Below, piece after piece: positions 1-10,759 of a stretch of 39,432 nucleotides of DNA. The stretch's first letter is position 1, and the number at the start of each line of letters is the position of its first letter. Position numbers and translations under genes: made by a program. The DNA is from Mitosporidium daphniae (Eukaryota), in the NCBI RefSeq assembly GCF_000760515.2, contig NW_013546412.1, forward strand, positions 1 through 39,432, written 5' to 3'. The notes beneath the pieces are model-generated. The model saw only the letters and a program-made list of their open reading frames with translations. It did no database searches and was not told the origin of the DNA.

Positions 1-384
1 AGCAAGTTTTCTAAGGAGGATATAGACATTCAATCCTTTTTAGGGATCTACAGTACCCCTCTGTCCAAAGGAATCAATCATGACATTTCATATATCCAAA
101 ATCGAGCAGTTGATCAAAACGAAGGGCTTCTTGTATCGGTCTTAAAGAAATGTCAAATGCTGCTATTTTCCATAATGCTATGGGAGTTCCTTTGTTTTTT
201 CTTCTACTTGTCAAGCTTTAAAATCACTTCACATGAGTGGATCGCTGTCTTTGCCATTCTCTTCACGGTGAACAAAGAAGGCTCTGTTTCCATCTTCAAA
301 TCCATCTATTTAAGTCTTGTATGCACAATCCTTGGCGGCTTAATAGTCAATTCCATGCCTGTATTTACTTTAATAAATCGCTAA
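1..384 (+). CDS. 3' part of an unknown multi-pass membrane protein, 5'-truncated by the window
   Basis: Frame 1 is open from base 1 (SKFSKEDIDIQ...) to TAA 382-384, with hydrophobic segments. A possible GT-AG intron at 361-430 would extend it to TAA 539-541. Confidence 0.5.
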   Translation, partial: SKFSKEDIDIQSFLGIYSTPLSKGINHDISYIQNRAVDQNEGLLVSVLKKCQMLLFSIMLWEFLCFFFYLSSFKITSHEWIAVFAILFTVNKEGSVSIFKSIYLSLVCTILGGLIVNSMPVFTLINR

Positions 385-543
385 TTGTATCTATCACTAC
401 ATGTTAACGGCACATCATCATCACCCTCAGCTACTTTTAGCCAGTAGCCGTACACTCTTATTGATTTTAAGATCGCAGGAGCTGAAATTGCTAAAAGTAC
501 CATATCAGCTACTACATACACAAATGGGGTCTCCAGTATAAAT

Positions 544-1054
544 TTATTTAAGAGGAATGAAGCGAGAAGAATGGGTTGCACCGATACCGGGTCTTCCGTG
601 CTTGACAGGCTTGTAGGTGATGGAAAATTCACCAAGATAGTGGCCAATCATCTCTGGCTTAATTTCAACCTGGTTGAAGGTTTTGCCATTATAGACACCA
701 ACATTAGAACCTATCATTTCAGGTACAATAATCATGTCTCTCAGATGGGTCTTAACAACAGCTGGCTTTTCCTGTTCTGTAGATTCGAGCTTGGCTTTAC
801 GAAGGCGTTTTATAAGAGCCATTGGCTTGCGCTTAAGACCACGGGTGAATCTTCTACGGGCGCGTGCATGAAAGAGATCAAGAAGTTGGTTATTTTTCAT
901 CTCCAGCAAATCATCCAGCTCTATTCCACGGAACGAAAATTTTCTGAATGTGCGACGCTTTTTTAGATCAGCTGAATCGTCGGCCTAGGAATTAGTATGA
1001 GATGGATGATATAGGGATCGACTCGTTTATATTTAAGGGAAAGGGACGTACCAT
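544..1054 (-). CDS. RPS15: 40S ribosomal protein S15 (uS19), 147 aa
   Basis: Exon 1 is ATG only (1054-1052). Intron 985-1051 (GTACGT...TACTAAT...TAG, 67 nt). Exon 2 reads [20 protein letters not shown]...[16 protein letters not shown]...[11 protein letters not shown]. Confidence 0.97.
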
Positions 1055-1139
1055 TTTCAATAAAATTAAGAATAACTAAAATCAAAATTTATAAAATTTA
1101 AAATTGAAAGGGACAAATTTATTAGTAAAGTAAACCCCC

Positions 1140-2917
1140 CTATATGACAATGTAATCCATTGCGACAAGAGAACACTCATATGAATAATCATCAGTAGAG
1201 AGCGGGGCATTAGTCTCTGTGTCAGAAATCCCCAGGACCTAAATACGGAGTATTAGACAAATTCATGACGAACTTTAAAATCACAGAGACTTTTCCTTGA
1301 AGAAAAGGAGATTGAGACCGGATAAAATCCATCGTCGCTTGAAGAAATTCCAGTCAGGCTAAATTCGATAGTTCCTGATGGCATTTCAGAATCGATCAAT
1401 GGAATTTTCCATTCCAAAAAGCTATTTTCTCGACCGGGAACGACGGAATAGGAGCCAGAAAATTCGGTTACTGTCGGCTGATGTTGACTATACTATCTAT
1501 GAGGGTGATCATACCTTGGGAGAGGAATTCGAATGCACACATTTTCAACAAATGCAGCAATCTTGGTGTTCAACTCATATTCTGCACTGTACGAGTATGT
1601 GCCTGGAGATGAACATTCTGGCCAGCAGTTAACTAGATCATTAAATGGCACAAAACACCAATCAGCGGGATATCGGATTCATCTTTAGACGTGTACCTCC
1701 ATTTAAGGATAGATATCGGTTGTCCTTGCGGAAAAGACTTTTTATGGTCCTTTGGCAAGAGAATAGATTTGCTGTTGAAAGCTGCCTTGTCGATGTTTGG
1801 ATGCGTCTACGAGGTGAGGCAAGTCACGCGAGGAACCTTAAACAACAGACCCTCTCTTTTGGAGTTAAATGAAACAGAAATAGGCGATGTAGAGAAACGT
1901 GGATCATTAACCTAACCCTAAATACAACTGATATCAATACCTGAACAGCAAGGTCCCCTTTCAATTCCAAACTTTCAACGCCGCCACTTTTCAATAGAGT
2001 TAGAGAAATTATTTCAGACACAACCAATTGAACTCTAAAAGTAATCACTTGCACATGTATACTTTGAGCGGCTTGAAACTTGCTCAATTGAAGCAACTTC
2101 GATTTTCTTTTGTACAGGCCCAGAGGTGTTTATCAAAGTGGAGGGAATTTGCGATTTCTTTTTTGAAAGCTGCATTCCCCCCGACTTGGAAGTAGAACCA
2201 GCAACAAAAGAAGATCCATTGTTGTAATTATCTGTCGGTGATTGAGAGGCGGTGTATACCAACTGAGTCGGCATCACTGGCTGGGTTGAAGCGGCCATGG
2301 ACGAGGCGGAAGCTTTTTTCTCCTTCCTAATGGCCTCTAACTGCTTTAGCTTTTCTTTTGCCTTTTCTTTTGTCTCTCTTTCTTTGTCCTTTATAACGAG
2401 GTCCTCCATTTTCTCTGCCTGCGAATACATCTCCAGTGCTGTTTGCACGGCAGAGATCGAGCACGAGTCAGGAATGGAGAGCGGGAAAAATGTCTCATCG
2501 ATAGCATGAATAATAGGGAACACATTACGCATCATATCTTCAAGTCCATGCAGACGATTTTTTTCTCCGGCGATGCTAGAAATAATGGTGGCCAGAGAAC
2601 GAAGTTGCTGAAAATCCAATACAACGTTAGACGTAGGGAGTGTAACCAACACCAAAAATATAGAGCCATCCAATGGCTGAAAGATATATCTACAATTTTC
2701 ATCTTCAATCAGAGAATGATCCAGAGTGGAAGACGACGATTTGGAGCCTGATGTGGCGGCTGGGATTTTCCGTGAAAATCTTGAATACAGAGCCTCTACA
2801 AACGTCTTGCGCATTGAAATAAATTGGCGTGAAAACAACACTTTTCCATCTCTCGAAACAAGCCCCACTGAAATAATACCCTATGCAAGTGAGAAATGAT
2901 CGTTTAAAAGATACCAT
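1140..2917 (-). CDS. RET2: Coatomer subunit delta (longin plus mu-homology domain), about 522 aa, 7 introns
   Basis: Starts MGIISVGLVSRDGKVLFSRQF; mu-homology motifs FKTHPNIDK, SILKWR, VNCWP. Introns 2881-2914, 2035-2062, 1912-1940, 1807-1836, 1633-1658, 1488-1514 and 1239-1273 give one open frame to TAG at 1140. Confidence 0.9.
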
Positions 2918-2943
2918 TAACAATCAATTAAATTTTGTCAATT

Positions 2944-3012
2944 CAAAAGGTTTATTAAAATCTTCCCTTACAAGGCTAATTAAAATTTTCCTTTGCAAGG
3001 CTAATTAAAATT
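2944..3012. repeat. Roughly 25-bp direct repeat in a divergent promoter
   Basis: CAAGGCTAATTAAAATT at 2971-2987 and 2996-3012, plus a degenerate copy from 2944. Confidence 0.75.
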
Positions 3013-3117
3013 GGCTTTAGATTTATTGGCTAATGGTTAGTTGTCCACGAGCTCATTTGCTGATCGATGTGTATTACAAGCTAATTTTAAAGCACCCATT
3101 TTATTGATTTCCCGGAC

Positions 3118-4386
3118 ATGCATGTACCCTCATCCTCTTGCCCCGAACTACAGCCAGAAACCAATCCAAATATGCTATCACCGCCATCCTCGCCACTCCC
3201 CCTGCCTACCAGCTACCTTAAAATCGATATTAACAATCCTTCAAAGAATGTTGACGGGACTCCAAAAAACCAGGATGTGTTATTTGCATTCTTTGAAATG
3301 AGCCCAGTAGACGGTGCTTTGTGGAAGGATCTCATCCCTCATTCAATTGACGTTAAGAAAAGGCTCTTTCTTGGACAAGGAAACCATGCAAATGTCTACA
3401 AGGGCTGTGCACCCTTAAAAGAGGCCATTTCTTCAATTAGCCTTTATCCGAAAGACTTGCGCAATAGTAAGACTACCAATGATACCCTGGATGGAAACAC
3501 ATCCGATAATATAGAAAAATTGGCAGTAAAAGTTTTCCATAGAGAAGATCCAAATGCGCTGTTCATTGCACTTCGCGAACTGTACTTCCAATCTGAATTC
3601 TTCAAGTCGTCTCCCTCTCTGGGGTTAAAGGCCTTTGGGGTGCTGATAGTTTATAAAAATTTCATGTTTTTCATCACCAGAACCGACAATGTCAATGCCT
3701 CGTATCTATCGACCGATGATATTAGATATTCTCAAGTTGTTTTGCTGATAGAATTGGGAGAAAATGGCTCACTTGCCAATGTTCCCAAAAAAGTTATCAC
3801 CTCTGATTTTATTTTAAAGACCGGACATCAGCTTTCTTCAATGCTAGTGTCGTTGTTTGAACTGAATTTTATCCATGGTGATATCAAGCCTCACAACCTT
3901 TTTCCTTTTTTTTCGAATCACGGAGGTTTACAAGTTAAATTGGGCGACTTCAGTTCGACAATCAGGCTCTCAACATTGCACTCTCCCGTTCTAATGGATT
4001 CTTGTGGGACGCAGGCTTATTTAGCTCCAGACCTGCTTTTGTCGGCCGTGCCCTCCATTGAGGCCATCAAAGGTGGCGATGCGTATGCCATTGGTGTCAC
4101 CCTATGGTCATTAATTACTGGGTGTTCCCCTTTTGGGGGGATCACTTCATCTGTTCCTAGGCTTATTGCCATTAAAAGAGGGTTTTTTGAGTGTGGACAG
4201 AATCCATGGAAACTGTCATTGTCCAATTCATCTTGTTTACTTTTGCCATCTGGAGAAACAGTTCCTGCTGAGATTTCATGTGCTCTCATCTCCATCATAG
4301 AAGGCTTGTTGCAAGGAGACGCTTCGAAGCGGATCTCACCTCAAGATCTCCTTTATTCTTTCCAGAAGCTTTTAAATTGCTCCTGA
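3118..4386 (+). CDS. Divergent Ser/Thr protein kinase (non-RD)
   Basis: LGQGNHANVYKG Gly-loop, LAVK, HGDIKPHN catalytic loop, DFS in place of DFG, GTQAYLAPD. Confidence 0.9.
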   Translation: MHVPSSSCPELQPETNPNMLSPPSSPLPLPTSYLKIDINNPSKNVDGTPKNQDVLFAFFEMSPVDGALWKDLIPHSIDVKKRLFLGQGNHANVYKGCAPLKEAISSISLYPKDLRNSKTTNDTLDGNTSDNIEKLAVKVFHREDPNALFIALRELYFQSEFFKSSPSLGLKAFGVLIVYKNFMFFITRTDNVNASYLSTDDIRYSQVVLLIELGENGSLANVPKKVITSDFILKTGHQLSSMLVSLFELNFIHGDIKPHNLFPFFSNHGGLQVKLGDFSSTIRLSTLHSPVLMDSCGTQAYLAPDLLLSAVPSIEAIKGGDAYAIGVTLWSLITGCSPFGGITSSVPRLIAIKRGFFECGQNPWKLSLSNSSCLLLPSGETVPAEISCALISIIEGLLQGDASKRISPQDLLYSFQKLLNCS

Positions 4387-4482
4387 GTATGCTTAAATTA
4401 AGCATTTCGAGTGTCAGAAATGTTTTAGAGGGGGGAGGGGCATTTTATATTTCCGATATCAATGATATTGCTAATTTATAGC

Positions 4483-5554
4483 TTATTCTGTCCTTTGAAA
4501 CTTAAAAGATAATTGAGCTACCAATGAATGATTGTATCGCAGTGATTCGATGACGTTGCACCACCATCCTATTGTAACATCTATTAAAATGCTAACTTTT
4601 CGAAAGAAAGTTGTCTGAAAATAAATAAAAGCATTAGGCATTGTAAGAACGCTAGATAATTTTGCCACCAAAATAGAGGCGAAAAAGGGGTGGCACCACG
4701 CTGTAAGTTCTAGATTTATTGTAAAATTTTTGTCTACATGGCGGCCGGCATTAACCGAGTTTCCCTATGTCACTTGAATAATAATTGGAAAATTCGCATT
4801 CGTCCTCTTCGCTCATCCATAAAAGATTCGGTTGGGCATCCCTAATTATACTCCTGAACAGCGAGATTTTAGAAAATAATTCACACAGTGAAGTCTGTAG
4901 CTCAACAGGGGAAACCATAGAGGCTGACGGTAGGAGTGTCCGGGATAAATATTGAGGAGAGTTTCTTTTCCACATTGTCACATTATCGAGTGTAATTAAC
5001 GACAAAAGGGAATCTGGAAGAGGCTTTTTCTCTACGGATTTTATATCGAGCATTTTGAAAAATAGTTCAAGATTGCACCATGTCTTTCCTAACTCCTTGC
5101 CCACCATGATGGTGTATGGGGAGTTTTTACACTCCATTCCGGGTCCAAACCAATAAAGCTTCGAAACTAGCCCGTGCTTCAGTAGTCTTTTAAAATTAGC
5201 CATCTCAGTCAATTTTTTTGGATAGCCGTGTAGTACTAGCATGATTGCATCAAGAGTTCCAAAAATGATATATTCAAATGGAGGTGTGGAGTACAGGTTC
5301 AGCTTGTCTTTTATGGATTTTTTTATGCCGATATCTATGAAAAGGGGATGCCCCTTGGAAGATCCCCCGGGCGAAGAAAGCAAATGATTGCAAAAGGCAT
5401 CAACATCCCTCCATGATCGAGAAATCGCGAGACTGGATGGAAAGTCCCAGCTGTCCTTCATTTGAGGTTGACGCCAGATCCAAGGAGGTGGCGAGAAAGG
5501 CATCGCAGCAGAGCAAATAGCGGATACGAGCTTTAAAGAAAGGGCAGCCCTCAT
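4483..5554 (-). CDS. Hypothetical protein; 3' exon structure uncertain
   Basis: Long ORF with likely ATG at 5554 after an AT tract. A 22-nt GT-AG intron at 4734-4755 joins it in frame to the 4483-4671 ORF. No family recognised. Confidence 0.6.
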
Positions 5555-5589
5555 TTTAAAAAATTCGCTCAAGGATTCGCCTGTTTCGC

Positions 5590-6550
5590 ATGTCCTCACT
5601 TGCTACTATTCGCCGATGGCTCACCCAGCATGCAAAGCATGGAGATGTTTCACAAGAATTTAAGCGCCCACGCAGGCCTGTCAGATGGGTCAATCGAGCA
5701 ACACATGAACATAGATGGCTAAGAAAGCCGATTGCATATATCATTGGTAGGAAGGTCATTTTTCACCTCGCAAGGCACACAACCATTTTGCGGATGGTCT
5801 TTTATTTCAAAGGCTCCGATTTTGATTCCTCGCTGGGAAACAGAAGAATGGCTGCACAAGATCTCTACGGAAATGATTTTCCCGCGCATCTCTCCAAACA
5901 CGCCCCTCCGTGTTATTGATTTCTGTTCAGGTATGAAATGTATTTTTTCTTGAGGAAGCGGATGCATTGGGCTCTCCCTTCTTGGCAGTTTTCTTACCAT
6001 TTTCGGAGGATCTCCCAAAAACATCGCCATCCAACTGATTGACATCGATCCAAAGGCAATGGCCCTTGCTGCTGAAAATATACGGTCGCTTCAAAGGCAA
6101 ATGAAAGTTGATTTTGTCAACCATACGCCAATTGATCTCCAAACAGTGGATTTATTGTCAGAGAGGGATGTCCAAATAGGATTGAATCTGCAATTCTGCA
6201 AATCGATGGAAACCCCAATGGATGTTTGGATTGGAAATCCGCCGTACATTCCGACTGCGGCAATAAATTTGCTTCCTCGCTCTGTAAGATCGTGGGAGTC
6301 GGCCCAAGCACTTGATGGGCTGTGCACAGAGGGCATACATATCCACAAGGCAATAATTTCTCGCGTGCATGGCCTATCAAAGCACTCCAAGATGTGGATT
6401 TTGGTGCTTGAAATTGGCGGGGATCATCAGAGAAAGCCATTGGCGCAGTATATCTCGGGGCTTTTTGGGGCCTCTGCCGTGCCGTCCTTCCATACAGACT
6501 CTTCAGGAAAGACACGCATTCTTGTTTTACAGCCGATCTCCAGCCTTTAA
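5590..6550 (+). CDS. MTQ1: HemK/PrmC-family release-factor glutamine methyltransferase, probably mitochondrial
   Basis: KPIAYIIG, ILIPRWETEEW, VIDFCSGSGCIG and GNPPYI motifs after removing introns 5747-5774 and 5931-5954. Confidence 0.9.
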
Positions 6551-6693
6551 AACATGGGTTTATTATTGGTTCCAGCTGATTTAACTTTGTTCCACCTCGA
6601 TGTAATCAAATGAAAAAGATTTAATCAATTGGTAGCTTATGGCAAAATGGCAATGATTTCGCGCTTGTAAGCTTAGCTTTACAATTATAATAA

Positions 6694-8547
6694 TTAATGC
6701 TCCTCTGCTCTAAATAAACTCATTGCCGCACCAAGTGTCCAGCAAGGATATGCATTTCCGATATTTTCCATTTCAATACGCAAAAAAGAGCCAGGCCCTT
6801 TTTTTGGCAAATGAAACCCCTTAGTCATCATGACATAAATGTAGCTTAGATCCAGGCAAAGATTTGGGAGAATTGAGGGATGAGAATTCTGAAAAGCTTC
6901 AAAAATATCGGGGTACCTCGTTTCTGTAAAAAGAGGCGAACATATAATCCTGCCTAGGCGTTCAATGTCACTAAGCGAAATGTCTTTATGAGTAAAAGAC
7001 GAAGGACGGCCTTGGTATGTATTACCGCCGCTGGGGGTTTTCTTAAATATTCTTTTCCATACGAAAGTGAAACCACCTTCAGAGCAGCCATATGTTGGCA
7101 GAAGTCTTAGAATCGGGCCCAGAATTGATGAAAAGTGCGACGACAGATTGATGATTTCGTTTTTTCTTTTCAACATGGAACGAGGAAATGGAACCCCATC
7201 AAAGGAGCATTGAGGGTATTTACAGGACTTTGTGTCCAAAACAGACGAAACGACTGCGTTACACCGACTCCAAGAGGATTGTGCAGAGCTCGTGATATCG
7301 ACATAAGCGGAACTGGGATATTCAGAGGTCTTAGAAACTAATACACTCATGGGCTCGGCTAAAGTACCACTGGTAAAGCAGGGATGGGCAACGATGGCTG
7401 GAAATGTTTTTCCGCTAGCTAAAATGTCCTTTTGGTGCTCAGTGGACGATATGGATACAAACGACGTACCCAGTACGGAATTGCAAATAGATAATAAAAC
7501 TAAAGAGCGGACTGTTTGATAGCCATAGTTAAGAAAAGAGTGCACAAAAAGCAAGTACTGCTTGCCTTGGAATCGCACTGGATGTACAAGGTTAAGAGGT
7601 GGACTGTTCACCGGAAATCCACTGGCAAGGCGAGCATCCATTCTGGCAAGCATTTGGGCCTCCTCTTGAGAAATCTCAGAGATGATTTGCAATGAAACTC
7701 CACCCAGGTCAATAACTGAATTGCTGGATTGTTCCTGCACTTGGATTGAGGTTGAAGAGTTTTTTGCTGATACCAGGGTGATATTGCAACCACAGTCGTT
7801 CAGCAAATTATTGTACAGGAAATTGATCGAAATCCACGCCCATATTCCTTCAGAAATTCCGGATATCAGTTCTACAGAATTTCTCGTGTCGTCGACAAGA
7901 AGGAAAGGGTAATTGGAAAGTGCTTGCCTAGCCCCTGATAAAAGCGCCTCTACTTGCTCTTTTGGAAGGAGTCTGACTCCCGCAGTAGCTCTCAAAGCTA
8001 TAGGGGTAGTTGAGTGCTCATTTTCTGGAATAAGCTTCAAAGCATTTGAGAGCAGCGGGTCGATGAGCTTGGGGCCTATAATGAAGGGACTAGGCGTGGC
8101 AGCTAATGATGAGAATGAGACCGAGATGGATGAGAAATAGTCCTTATGCACTGCAATTAGAAACTCGTTGCAAAATTCTAGCTCATAAATGTGCATTCGG
8201 GTGCCTTGGGACCCAGCATCGATAATGATGGCATGCTTGTTGGCATGTGAAAAATTGTCATGGCTTTTTTCAAGAGGATACGTGTGGCCTTGACACGGAA
8301 TAACATTTTCCGAAATGGAAGCAGGTATGATAACTGTAGATGTCGATATAAAAGAGTCTTTTTGATACAGCACAAGTAAAATAAGAAGTGAGAGAAGGGA
8401 GCAAATTAAGACCGTAATAATGGCAAACTTCCTTTCCCTTTTGGTGCTCGAATTTTGCGATTCAGATACAGCCGGTTCGATATCCAATGAGAAGCTGTCC
8501 AGAGATTCTTTTAAATACTCTTCTGTGATAAAATGCTTCAGCACCAT
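6694..8547 (-). CDS. GDA1/CD39 nucleoside phosphatase (apyrase/GDPase), type II membrane protein
   Basis: Apyrase conserved regions IIDAGSQGTRMHIY, LRATAGVRLL, EGIWAWISINFL, IDLGGVSLQI and WTLGAAM, with an N-terminal TM helix. First ATG at 8547. Confidence 0.92.
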   Translation of the reverse strand: MVLKHFITEEYLKESLDSFSLDIEPAVSESQNSSTKRERKFAIITVLICSLLSLLILLVLYQKDSFISTSTVIIPASISENVIPCQGHTYPLEKSHDNFSHANKHAIIIDAGSQGTRMHIYELEFCNEFLIAVHKDYFSSISVSFSSLAATPSPFIIGPKLIDPLLSNALKLIPENEHSTTPIALRATAGVRLLPKEQVEALLSGARQALSNYPFLLVDDTRNSVELISGISEGIWAWISINFLYNNLLNDCGCNITLVSAKNSSTSIQVQEQSSNSVIDLGGVSLQIISEISQEEAQMLARMDARLASGFPVNSPPLNLVHPVRFQGKQYLLFVHSFLNYGYQTVRSLVLLSICNSVLGTSFVSISSTEHQKDILASGKTFPAIVAHPCFTSGTLAEPMSVLVSKTSEYPSSAYVDITSSAQSSWSRCNAVVSSVLDTKSCKYPQCSFDGVPFPRSMLKRKNEIINLSSHFSSILGPILRLLPTYGCSEGGFTFVWKRIFKKTPSGGNTYQGRPSSFTHKDISLSDIERLGRIICSPLFTETRYPDIFEAFQNSHPSILPNLCLDLSYIYVMMTKGFHLPKKGPGSFLRIEMENIGNAYPCWTLGAAMSLFRAEEH

Positions 8548-8915
8548 AGAAGAAACCCGTTTAACCAATTAAATTTAAATAAATTACGTTTACGCAACTA
8601 ATTTAATATTCTACACAAGTTTCATCTCGCTTATCATTCAAATGCATTTTGGGAAATTAAATTTTATTAAAATTTACCGGCTATCGCCAAATCCAAAATG
8701 CATGCTACTTTGTTGACAAGTAAGTGGTCACAAAAGACCATTGTTCTCCGCAAAAATCTACCCTCAACCCTGGTTTTATAAGCGTTACCTGTCAAATTAT
8801 ATGGATTTTTGCACCGATTTTTACTGGCAGTAAATTATATAAGGCGACTTGAATTTATACTGGGCCTTGGATCGGCATAAATATATTAGTGAACATTTAA
8901 TTTTGACTGTTAATA

Positions 8916-9492
8916 TTATGTGCTTGGCTGTGTCCTGGGTGCAAAGAACTTTTCCAAAATGAGCTGAATGCCCTGAGTGGACTTTAAAAGGTTTTCCTTG
9001 AACCTGGAGTAGGAAAACGACTCGAGCGTCTGTCTGAGACCCCATCTAATCTTCGAGGTAAACGTGGCGTTTGTTTTTACAATTGTCCTAAAAAAAGAAA
9101 AAACTGCATACCAGTGCAGATTATCTGGATCGCATTGATAAGTTTGATCTTCAACGACTCTTATCAGCCCTGCATAGGAAATATTTCCAGTTTGGACGGT
9201 CATGATCCTATTTACTGGATCAATGGAAGATCTTTCTACAATAAGCGCCTCTGGCGCGTTTATCAACTAGCCAATGAGAAACCATGCTTACCGATTTGCC
9301 CCATGAAGGAACTGAGGATGTTTTTAAAAGGAGACGCACCGTATGGAGGATGCCATCCGAATCGATGGTCCTGCTCAAAATATCGGATGCCAATACATGT
9401 GTTGCCAGAGGATTTGGGTACTTGAGCCAAAGAGCTTGTGAAACCATTTCCCAGGAAAATTCGTACTTATGTACATGGGAAAAAACCTTCAT
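8916..9492 (-). CDS. UPS2: PRELI/MSF1-domain mitochondrial lipid-transfer protein (Ups2/Slmo-like)
   Basis: MKVFSHVHKYEFSWEMVSQALWLKYPNPLATHV...ERSSIDP. Introns 9267-9291 and probably 9088-9111. Confidence 0.88.
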
Positions 9493-9567
9493 AAATCAAA
9501 TAAAATTTGGGAAATTATTTTATTTAAATAAACAAGTTAATTAATTAATGGCCTGAAATGTTAAATT

Positions 9568-10641
9568 CTAATTTGCCCAAGCCATGTCTTGAAGTAGCTT
9601 CCGCTTTTTGGGCATTTTTGAGAGGTCTGGAAGAGGGCGAATATACGGTTGGGCCATCTGCAAGGGAATACGTTTGAACTCTGAAAAATTGTATGGCGGG
9701 AATTCATCTTCTTTGTCCTCTCGGGTCAAACGTTCTCCCAATGATTTTGAAATTTCACGCATTGATAAAAGATCTGGAGCAGTGGCAAGCGATTCTCGTA
9801 AATCTGTATGATGAGGAAGAAGATGCTTGAAAATTTTAAATAAATGACTCCTCAAAATCGAAGAAGAGGGAACCAGAGTCTCTTCACAAATATCCAGGTA
9901 TTCCAAAGCCAAATCACGAGCGGGGATGAATTTCCCACTAAACAATGCCGGATTATACAGTTGCGTTTCAGCGCACATAACACCATCACACCCGGTTTCG
10001 GATATACACTTTTCAATGTCTTCAAAATACAAGATATTTCCATTGGCAATAACTGGAATCGAAAGGGCCTCCTTGATGGCTTTGATTTGTGCCCAATCGG
10101 CAAGGCCTGTTGCATGGCCCCTTTGCTCTCTAATTCGGCCATGTACGGTTAGCAGAGAAGCGCCGGCAGACTCTATCATCTGGGCGTATTTAACCGATTT
10201 TTCGACGCTTGGAAATATTCGTATCTTGGCAGTAATGGGAACCGAAATGCCCTTTGCTACTATGGATATCATCTTTGAGATAAGATCCCACTCGTCCTGT
10301 AGGTAGGAGCCATAATGGCCCCTACGAGCAATGTCTTGAGGACATCCCAAATTTAGATCTACGCCATCACATTTATCTTGGACAAGCCTTGCAGCTGCCA
10401 AAAACATTTCAGCATCATTTGCACAGAACTGAACAATTAATGGTCTATCAAATGTCTCATCTGGCAAATGCTCCTTTCTATAGGCAGGGTTCTCAACAAA
10501 CAAGCGTGCATTGATCATTGGCGTGTAGCAAAGATGGGCGCCATATCGCCTGGCCATGACTCTCCAGGCAAGTTCGGATTGATCCACCATTGGGGCAAGA
10601 ATATATTTAGGGCTTTTCAAGACACCTTTGAACCAGTCCAT
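9568..10641 (-). CDS. DUS1: tRNA-dihydrouridine synthase 1
   Basis: ILAPMVDQSELAWR, RPLIVQFCAND, DLNLGCPQDIARRGHYGSYL, LLTVHGR, VIANGNI. Likely ATG at 10641. Confidence 0.95.
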   Translation of the reverse strand: MDWFKGVLKSPKYILAPMVDQSELAWRVMARRYGAHLCYTPMINARLFVENPAYRKEHLPDETFDRPLIVQFCANDAEMFLAAARLVQDKCDGVDLNLGCPQDIARRGHYGSYLQDEWDLISKMISIVAKGISVPITAKIRIFPSVEKSVKYAQMIESAGASLLTVHGRIREQRGHATGLADWAQIKAIKEALSIPVIANGNILYFEDIEKCISETGCDGVMCAETQLYNPALFSGKFIPARDLALEYLDICEETLVPSSSILRSHLFKIFKHLLPHHTDLRESLATAPDLLSMREISKSLGERLTREDKEDEFPPYNFSEFKRIPLQMAQPYIRPLPDLSKMPKKRKLLQDMAWAN

Positions 10642-10759
10642 TATTTTAAAGGAAATTAAAATGTTCGCAAAACTAGCGTAATTTACACCCAGCTTCTTAG
10701 TCATCATTTCTAAAATCAAAATTAGTAACATTTTTCACTTCCCTCCTTTTTCGAAGGCG

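Noticed and set aside
1378..1915. Plus-strand ORFs 1378-1632, 1645-1872 and 1691-1915
   Set aside because: Antisense shadows of the intron-split delta-COP exons.
4520..4620. Possible C/D snoRNA (TGA-rich segment plus CTGA)
   Set aside because: No canonical C box or terminal stem, and the region is better explained as a minus-strand exon.
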